Part shown: positions 15,201 through 21,568 of the stretch, piece after piece
How the letters are laid out: each line of letters begins with the position of its first letter
Numbering within the stretch: position 1 is the first letter of the stretch
IMG/VR virus record: IMGVR_UViG_3300025545_000026
Length of the DNA: 21,568 nt
Reading direction: 5' to 3' (one strand)
From: a virus
Program-made: the position numbers and the translations under genes
Notes under the pieces: generated by a model
Databases searched by the model: none
Seen by the model: the letters and a program-made list of their open reading frames with translations, nothing else
Told to the model about the DNA's origin: nothing

Positions 15201-18200
15201 ATTTTATATCATCTTCTAATTTTCAAGTAACACCGAGTGGTGATGTAAGTGGTTCACAAGTATTATTTACTGGTGGAAAAATTGCTGGTTGGACATTAGC
15301 TTCAGATAAATTTAGTGCTGGAACTGATGCTGATTATATTGCATTGATACCTGGTACAGGAATCCAAATGGGAGATTCAACATTTGGGGATGCTCCGTTT
15401 AGTGTTACTAACGCAGGTGTATTAAAGGCTGAATCTGGGACGATAGCAGGTTGGACTCTTGATTCAACAACATTAACCGGCGGTAATATGATTATTGATA
15501 AGGATGGTAGTGTTAAATCAAGTGGATATGCAAGTAATGTTGCTGGAAGTGGTTTTATTTTATCAGCCGTTTCGGGAGGATTTCTTGAAGTAGAAAATGC
15601 AAAAATTCGTGGAACACTTGCAACTGCCGTATTTGAGAAAGAAAGTGTAAGTGCGGTTGGTGGGCAATTATACATTGCTAATGCTACAACCTTAACTTCT
15701 TCAATACACCATCCTAAGAATTCTTATGTAGCAAGTGATACTACAATGTCGGTTGTGAATGTAACGGGGTTTGTAGAAGGTGAAATACTTTCTGCTAAAA
15801 GGGTCAGCACATCTGGATTTGCCACCGAATATATTTTAGTAGAATCTGCTTCCCGAAATAATGCAAGCAGTGCTACAGATTATAGTGGACAGATTTATGT
15901 TGAAAGAGGTTATGGTTCTGGAGTATCCGGTGATTCTGGGTCTTTAGGGGGCACACCAAGTTCTGCACTAACATATAGTGGAAGTCAAGTAATAGTTTCT
16001 ACTGGAAAAGTTGGAACTGGTTATATTAGATTAAATGCCAACCCAAATGACCAAACTACACCATATATTGATATTGTAGAAAGAAGTGGAAGTGGAATTT
16101 ATGATGTAGAATTAAAAGCAAGGCTTGGTGATTTGAGTGGACTATCAAGTGGATTGTTATATGGCGAAACAAGTCCTGGATTTGGTTTATTTAGTGAAAA
16201 TGTATTTCTACAGGGTTCTATTACGGCACAGACTGGTTCATTTACAGGAGCAGTGCATGTTGGTACTGGTGGGACAATGAAATTTGGCCAAAACGTTTCT
16301 TCAACAAATGATGGAATTTTTATTAATACAAACAATTTTTGGTATGATACAGGAAATTTCAAAGTTGGAGATGGAACTTCTTTTATTTCTTCATCGGGAG
16401 AAATTCAAACTGATAAATTTGAATTGAGAACTGATAGAGTAAAGGTTTCTTCTACATATGCTTCTATGAGTATTGGAAATGATCCAACTCTTACAAGTGG
16501 AACAGGAATATTCCTATCTGGTTCAGGTGAATTTAGATTGGGTGATGATGATGGTAATATTAAGTTTGTAAATGATAGTTTTTCTTTAACTGGAGCCGAT
16601 GTAAATATTAATGTTAATCAACTTAATATAAGTGCAAGTGGATTTACATTATCTTCACCACAGGCTTCAATGTCATTTGGAGATAGTCAAGAAATATTAC
16701 TTCATGCTACGGGTGGAACTGGTGGAGTACCGATTTTTAAATTAAGTGGTGGTGAAATATCAGCATCTAACTTTTTTGTTGATGCTGCTGGTAATTTAAC
16801 TGCCAGTAATGCTGATTTTCAAGGAATTATTTCTTCATCTGAGGCAAATATTGGTGGATGGACAGTTGATGACGGTGCTATATTTAAAGGAGTAACAAGA
16901 TTAACCAGTTCAGCTGAACCAGGATTATATATTGAAGATAGTTATGGTAATCCTATGGTATTGATTGCAGAGAAATCAATGTTTGAAATTGGATCTGCTC
17001 CTGATGAGGCAGGGAATGATAGTTTTGAATTAGATCCAGATAGTTCATTTACATCTGATGGATATCATATCGGTACAAGTGCATCTTCATTAGCAATCCC
17101 AAGTTGGTCATTTAGTTCAACTGGCCCTGTTTCACATTCTATTACAAAGAGAACTACTGATGCAGTATTTGGTGGTTTTAATGCCGCAGTTCTTGGTGAT
17201 TTTACATTTGATGTTGTTCATCCTGGTCAGTTTGCTCCGATTACATCGTTGAGTAGAAGTTTTGGAGATGCAAGTGCTTCATATTTAAGTGGAAATACAT
17301 ATGAAATTTCTCAAATAGTAAGTGCAAGCCAGGCCAATGGCCAAATTTGGGGAGCAGGAAATGTTGTTTCTTTTGCAGGAGTGGCAAAAATGTCTCATTC
17401 ATTTGCGGGAGTAGGAGTAAATAGAGGACTTCAAAAACAAAAATACAAAGTTGATTATTGGAACGGTTCGACTTGGACAACATTTATACCAAAATCAGGA
17501 AGTAGGGGAATGAACTCTGATGGATTTGCACACTATTCATTAGGTACAAGATATACTTCAATAGCAAGTGGGGGTGAATTACCAGTAAATACAGAAAAAT
17601 TAAGAATAGTACTTTCTGGTTCAATAAATCCAGATACTTCATATATTAAAACAACTTCTACATATCAAGGTAACGTTGTTGATCCTATGGCATCATTACC
17701 CGGCGAAACTAATGTTGATGATGTGGAAGAAACAATTATATTAAATACTGAAGAAGCTGCAAAATATCCATACACAGAAATAACATTTGATAATTTTAGA
17801 CTTAAACAATCTCAACCAAGAGTTGAATTGTCTCCAGATGGATTTTTATTATATGCATCAGATTCTTCTTATATTAAAATGACACCAGAAGGTATAGATT
17901 TTAGAGGTGGACAAGGATTTACTCAAACAAGTACTATGTTGTCAGGAGAAACTAATTCAGATAATGTAGATGTTTATGGTTCACTGGCAGCCCCATCTTT
18001 ACAAGCATATACGGCTGATACAGCCAACGTAAGTACTACTGGATTCGCAGGAAATGTTGGTGAGTATTCTATGGGTAATCACAGACATGCATTAGAATTT
18101 TCTACTGTAAATTCAATTGCAGGAACTTTTACAAATGGAGTTTGGAATTCAACTTTTGGAGCAACTGCTAATACTTTAATTAGTGGTAGTTGGCAAGGTT

Positions 18201-21200
18201 CTATTGACATTTCAACAGACACTAATTTAGTAGCTGGTACGAATATTACTTTAAGTGGTGATACATTAAATGTAGATGATGCATTCCTTAAAAATAATGC
18301 AAGTGACACCACAACTGGAACAATTACTGCCGGTGGATTCACAACTACTGGAACATTAGATATTAGTGGTGGAACATTAACATTAGCGAACAATCAAATT
18401 AGTGGAGATAAAGTTGAGGGTGGAACAATAGCAGCCACAACTATTACATCATTAACAACTGCTGGAATTACCGCAACGTCAAATATTGATATAGGGGCTT
18501 ATGAATTAAGAGCAAAAACACTAGAATCTGATGTAGCCACAGGAACAGCACCACTGACTATAGCCTCCACAACAAAAGTTACAAATTTAAACGCTGATTT
18601 ATTAGACGGTCAAACGGGAACATATTATACTGATTTTTCAAATATGGTAGTTTCTAATGATGAAATTCCAATAGCAAAACTTCAATATGATAATGTAAAT
18701 TTTGGTGGTGTTACTGTTACCCTCGGAGGATCAAATACTACACCATCATTTAACTTAACAGATGCTACTTCTCTTCCAATAATAGCTGGAACAACTGGAA
18801 CATTATCTGTAGCAAGAGGTGGAACTGGAGCAACATCTCTAAATAATTTAATTACACTTTCAACTCATACGACCGGAAACTATGTAGGAACAATTACAGG
18901 TGGTACTGGAATAGATTCTACAGGAGCAACAAGTGGAGAGGGAATCACTCATACATTATCCATTGATTTAAACGAATTAACAACAGAAACTGCTATAGCA
19001 CAAGGTGACTATATAGCAATGGTTGATGTTACTGATAACGGAAGTGGTAAAATAACATTTTCTAATTTAGAAGATAGAATTTTTGGAAATATAAGTGGTG
19101 ATATAAATATAGCAGCTGGTGGTGCTGTAACCATCCAAGCTAATTCAGTAGCACTTGGAACAGATACTACTGGTAATTATATGTCTGGGTTATCAGCTGG
19201 AAACCTAATTGATATAACACATACACCGTCAGAGGGTTCAACAGCAACTGTAAATGTGGATCTAAGTGAATTGGCAGATGGTACTGCAGATGTAGTCGGA
19301 TCTCAAGATGAGATAGTTTATTTAGATAATTCTACACAAAAACGAAAATTAATTAGTGAAATAAAATTAGGACAATTTAACAATGATCAAAGTTGGTCTT
19401 CAACTGTAGGAACTGTAACATCAATAGCAACGGCAGGCACCATCAACGGAATCACCTTAACCGGTGGAACGATAACAACATCTGGCACTATAACATTGGG
19501 TGGTACGTTATCAATAAATAATTCTGATTGGAGTGGCACTGATTTAGCTGTAACAAATGGTGGAACTGGAGCGTCTGATGCTTCAACCGCTAGAACCAAT
19601 CTTGGAGTTGCAATAGGAAGTGATGTTCAAGCATACGATGCTCAACTCGATACGATTTCTGGTTGGTCTGCAGCACAAACAACGACAATAGGAAATATTG
19701 GAACAGTAACTACAGCGGCTGACAAAATGATTTATACAACAGCAGCTGATACATTTGCAGAAACATCATTGACATCAACAGCAAGAACGCTATTAGATGA
19801 CTCATCAACATCAGCTATGAGAACTACATTAGGTATCGGTACTGGAGATTCTCCAACATTCACTGGATTAACTTTGACTGGTAATTTATCTGTAGCTGGA
19901 ACAATGACTACAACTACTACTAATGAGGTTGTTCTTGGAGATCAAATTTTAACATTGAACGGGGGCTCGGCTGCTGGTGATGGTGGAATATATGTAAATG
20001 ATGCCGCAACTGCACAGACTGGTTCATTACTTTGGGATGTAAGTACAGATAGATGGAAAGGTGGATTGAAAAGTGGTGAAGTTAATTTAGTAACTATTAG
20101 CTCAACCGATACACTTACAAACAAAACTTTAACTTCTCCAGATATTAATGGTGGTACTTGGAATGGTACAGTAGATGGAAACTCAACCGCAGCTGGTATT
20201 ACATGGGCAGATTTAGGTAGTGTTACTACTGTAGATATTAATGGTGGAACAATTAATGGTCTTGATACAGATTTAGCAGTAGCAGATGGTGGAACGGGAG
20301 CTTCAACTTTAACTGGAATGTTAAAAGGAAATGGAGCAAGTGCTTTTACAGGACAAACAAGTACCATAGGTCATGTTGCCTATTGGACTGATGCAAATAC
20401 TATTGGTGGTGAAGATTATTTAGACGTAACGAGAGGTGGAACAGGATTAGGAACGGTTGCCGCTAACAATATTCTTACTGGAAATGGAACGAGTGCTTTA
20501 ACTGCCGAAACTGGTCTTAAATTTGATGGTACTACTTTAACTATTAATAGTGTTGTAGCCGGTTCTAATACATTTACAAGTGGATTTGCGGGAGCTGGGT
20601 GGAGAATAACTGATACGGCCACAACAGCTGCAGAATTTGATAATTTAACAGTTCGTGGTACATTTAGTGTTTATGAATTATTGATTCACCAAACAAGGGC
20701 AACTAATGGGTCTGTTTGGATATCTAATTCATCCAAAGTAGATTCTGTAACAAGTAATGGTGGTGGGGATTATACATTATTCTTCGACACAGGAGAAAGT
20801 TATGGTCATACTTTTGCTGATGATGATTTAATAAGGTTTCAAAGATGGGATAATGCCAGTTCACAATTAGTTCAATCTAATTTAAGAGTATATTCATCCA
20901 CACAAGGTTCTTCTGTTTCTGCTTCATTAATTTCAGGAGGTGCACCTGCCGCTGGATATGATTTTGTAAGGGTTGGCAACTTAACTAATACTAACCGACA
21001 GGGTTCAGTATATTTAACTGCTGATGACAATGACGCTCCATTTATAGATGTTATTGATGGTGTTAGTGCAATTACTGGATCCAATGTTGGAATTTCTGGC
21101 TCTCGTACAAAAACAAGAATGGGTAAATTAGATGGTGTTACTTCTGCGAGATTTGGTACATTAAGTGGATATGGATTTTATGCAAGTGGTTCTGCTTATT

Positions 21201-21568
21201 TAGAAGGAAGTATTAATGCAAAATTCGGTAATATAGGAACTTGGGGGATTGGTGAGACTGCCATTAGTAGTTCAGATGGTATTATAACCCTTGACGCGTC
21301 AGCTAAAAGAATTACAATAAACGATGGAGATGATGATAGAATTTATTTAGGAGAAGTTGGCGGCACTACATACGGGTTAAAAATATTTAAGTCGGGTGGA
21401 AGCTATAATGATGCTGATCGTTTAGTAGAACTTGGATCTGGCGATAATATGATTGCAGGTTGGGATATTATGCCGGGAGCTTTGAAATCTGATAACGCCG
21501 GTGGTAGTGTAGCCCTATCTGCAAATAGTCAATCTCTAATGATTTTCACGGGTTCTATTGACAACGCA
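12230..21568 (+). CDS. Giant Ser/Gly/Thr-rich tail/baseplate-fibre protein, at least 3113 aa, 3'-truncated
   Basis: TTG start 7 nt after AGGAG, with an in-frame TGA upstream at 12203. Begins MGVLKRKNELLNLKDIDILVED. The frame is open wherever I translated it, and the track lists no ORF ending in this frame, so it has no stop in the window. Contains fibre motifs NLNADLLDG, LxVxxGGTG, ARTNLG and TLTNKTLTSP, and IAGW/IGGW repeats. Confidence 0.9.
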   Translation, partial: MGVLKRKNELLNLKDIDILVEDTLFDSKYFRVLECPTILTQGKSSFLIGGSSYLKSGVELKFELIHNGTGEVIYTQAVSGHLEAGSRRVSIEIYEDVEPGPATLYIVGELNPDSSDVNIPTEWQGIYNVRWTKQITINAAGVNTEPIFFYKQPTITVSEIFKGYLNVPSVTPITSSLLVSGQPRDGLQSITPTPNSVAGDYPELDFKQKANKATIEENKPLIKLTGKGGHIGSQGKLLKTNSPSPNDYIITTDSSTLVTSLYVGQEVTITSPQVDASKFTLESYHSIPTYFSSSVMKVLNETSFVTSDLFYVHDTRTSPVTLVPAPLASQTINTSYKDISTQTTSSINYVSFADMEISDLKTFSGDVHKVKIYSKAEGSLGDFEKIFDSPIESSEILFDSNEDTSLSNMGYWIDQARITKYWESYEGNNGDGGSGTLTFDSSIVIDSMKISGSNREYESELRVQVKNDLNFVANGLYTFRAKLYGTKTNKKDVSGNVTKRGDFQVYVVGDAFNKDTTEASHWGVQKLEVPEFPSGVDNYDFGTIEGNFTADNTGTGKLQFKVPSGEWYISDISVKAASDTAFNPDYVKVVAPIPPLYTRPDSVRFLVEFYDVNNNIADTVIFSDFFTFQGENTSIGGTDNILSGSMYIGNAIGSGIEMAGVSSGFIRSIGYEGFTSASEGTGQGGFLMWSGSVLPDSGDSYTGVGLELVATSESYLRYRSSPSELDIRADAFYVGNQNTQYISGSGGNIEISSSNFHLSASGDVTMTGTITATAGNIGDWIIKDGKLSGSNATLDATGAALYMSDKGPDTDSSATFDIQRDEYYIDFTPADQGNTTNYFVKFGPNFAVDSDGVLVASGAVFEGQITASTGQIGGADIGDTSLEYSPYWRISSSANTSDPVSFISSSRFKVSAGGNITGSQVLFTGGTVGGFELSSTQINSTNDNLILKSSGHITGSQVNFTGGKIAGFDISGTKLQQGTSFYLDGDSGGTYFISSSNFQVTPSGDVSGSQVLFTGGKIAGWTLASDKFSAGTDADYIALIPGTGIQMGDSTFGDAPFSVTNAGVLKAESGTIAGWTLDSTTLTGGNMIIDKDGSVKSSGYASNVAGSGFILSAVSGGFLEVENAKIRGTLATAVFEKESVSAVGGQLYIANATTLTSSIHHPKNSYVASDTTMSVVNVTGFVEGEILSAKRVSTSGFATEYILVESASRNNASSATDYSGQIYVERGYGSGVSGDSGSLGGTPSSALTYSGSQVIVSTGKVGTGYIRLNANPNDQTTPYIDIVERSGSGIYDVELKARLGDLSGLSSGLLYGETSPGFGLFSENVFLQGSITAQTGSFTGAVHVGTGGTMKFGQNVSSTNDGIFINTNNFWYDTGNFKVGDGTSFISSSGEIQTDKFELRTDRVKVSSTYASMSIGNDPTLTSGTGIFLSGSGEFRLGDDDGNIKFVNDSFSLTGADVNINVNQLNISASGFTLSSPQASMSFGDSQEILLHATGGTGGVPIFKLSGGEISASNFFVDAAGNLTASNADFQGIISSSEANIGGWTVDDGAIFKGVTRLTSSAEPGLYIEDSYGNPMVLIAEKSMFEIGSAPDEAGNDSFELDPDSSFTSDGYHIGTSASSLAIPSWSFSSTGPVSHSITKRTTDAVFGGFNAAVLGDFTFDVVHPGQFAPITSLSRSFGDASASYLSGNTYEISQIVSASQANGQIWGAGNVVSFAGVAKMSHSFAGVGVNRGLQKQKYKVDYWNGSTWTTFIPKSGSRGMNSDGFAHYSLGTRYTSIASGGELPVNTEKLRIVLSGSINPDTSYIKTTSTYQGNVVDPMASLPGETNVDDVEETIILNTEEAAKYPYTEITFDNFRLKQSQPRVELSPDGFLLYASDSSYIKMTPEGIDFRGGQGFTQTSTMLSGETNSDNVDVYGSLAAPSLQAYTADTANVSTTGFAGNVGEYSMGNHRHALEFSTVNSIAGTFTNGVWNSTFGATANTLISGSWQGSIDISTDTNLVAGTNITLSGDTLNVDDAFLKNNASDTTTGTITAGGFTTTGTLDISGGTLTLANNQISGDKVEGGTIAATTITSLTTAGITATSNIDIGAYELRAKTLESDVATGTAPLTIASTTKVTNLNADLLDGQTGTYYTDFSNMVVSNDEIPIAKLQYDNVNFGGVTVTLGGSNTTPSFNLTDATSLPIIAGTTGTLSVARGGTGATSLNNLITLSTHTTGNYVGTITGGTGIDSTGATSGEGITHTLSIDLNELTTETAIAQGDYIAMVDVTDNGSGKITFSNLEDRIFGNISGDINIAAGGAVTIQANSVALGTDTTGNYMSGLSAGNLIDITHTPSEGSTATVNVDLSELADGTADVVGSQDEIVYLDNSTQKRKLISEIKLGQFNNDQSWSSTVGTVTSIATAGTINGITLTGGTITTSGTITLGGTLSINNSDWSGTDLAVTNGGTGASDASTARTNLGVAIGSDVQAYDAQLDTISGWSAAQTTTIGNIGTVTTAADKMIYTTAADTFAETSLTSTARTLLDDSSTSAMRTTLGIGTGDSPTFTGLTLTGNLSVAGTMTTTTTNEVVLGDQILTLNGGSAAGDGGIYVNDAATAQTGSLLWDVSTDRWKGGLKSGEVNLVTISSTDTLTNKTLTSPDINGGTWNGTVDGNSTAAGITWADLGSVTTVDINGGTINGLDTDLAVADGGTGASTLTGMLKGNGASAFTGQTSTIGHVAYWTDANTIGGEDYLDVTRGGTGLGTVAANNILTGNGTSALTAETGLKFDGTTLTINSVVAGSNTFTSGFAGAGWRITDTATTAAEFDNLTVRGTFSVYELLIHQTRATNGSVWISNSSKVDSVTSNGGGDYTLFFDTGESYGHTFADDDLIRFQRWDNASSQLVQSNLRVYSSTQGSSVSASLISGGAPAAGYDFVRVGNLTNTNRQGSVYLTADDNDAPFIDVIDGVSAITGSNVGISGSRTKTRMGKLDGVTSARFGTLSGYGFYASGSAYLEGSINAKFGNIGTWGIGETAISSSDGIITLDASAKRITINDGDDDRIYLGEVGGTTYGLKIFKSGGSYNDADRLVELGSGDNMIAGWDIMPGALKSDNAGGSVALSANSQSLMIFTGSIDNA

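Noticed and set aside
14613-21084. The many 68-141 aa ORFs listed here, mostly minus strand
   Set aside because: They are antisense or off-frame shadows of the unlisted giant + strand gene, favoured by its Thr/Gly/Ser codon bias.
12230-21568. Diversity-generating retroelement target or intramolecular chaperone in the fibre gene
   Set aside because: No reverse transcriptase, no adenine-mismatched repeat pair and no peptidase S74 motif are visible. The C-terminus lies outside the window, so this cannot be fully excluded.

Overview
This AT-rich window is from a large tailed phage (Caudoviricetes, probably myovirus-like). It is almost entirely coding, nearly all on the + strand, and many genes have strong AGGAG/GGAG Shine-Dalgarno sites. 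From left to right: (1) a virion structural block (1-5948) of two tandem paralog arrays, one with an N-terminal LTKxGRE...KFALxDDExDY motif and one with a C-terminal YITxxGLYNDxNELxxxAKLSxP motif, separated by a PKD-domain gene with a 21-bp tandem repeat; (2) three small accessory genes: a stand-alone MshEN-like (c-di-GMP-binding-like) protein, a mini-MscS-like membrane protein and an HExxH metallopeptidase; (3) a replication/recombination block: a Holliday junction resolvase-like nuclease, a chimeric primase/endonuclease remnant, an intact T4 gp61-like primase, a small hypothetical gene and a single-chain Mre11-Rad50 (gp47-gp46) fusion; (4) a 59-aa ribbon-helix-helix gene on the minus strand; (5) a TTG-started tail/fibre ORF of at least 3113 codons that runs off the right end. 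The ORF track omits the 59-aa gene, the primase remnant and the giant ORF. All family assignments come from motif recognition by eye; no searches were run.
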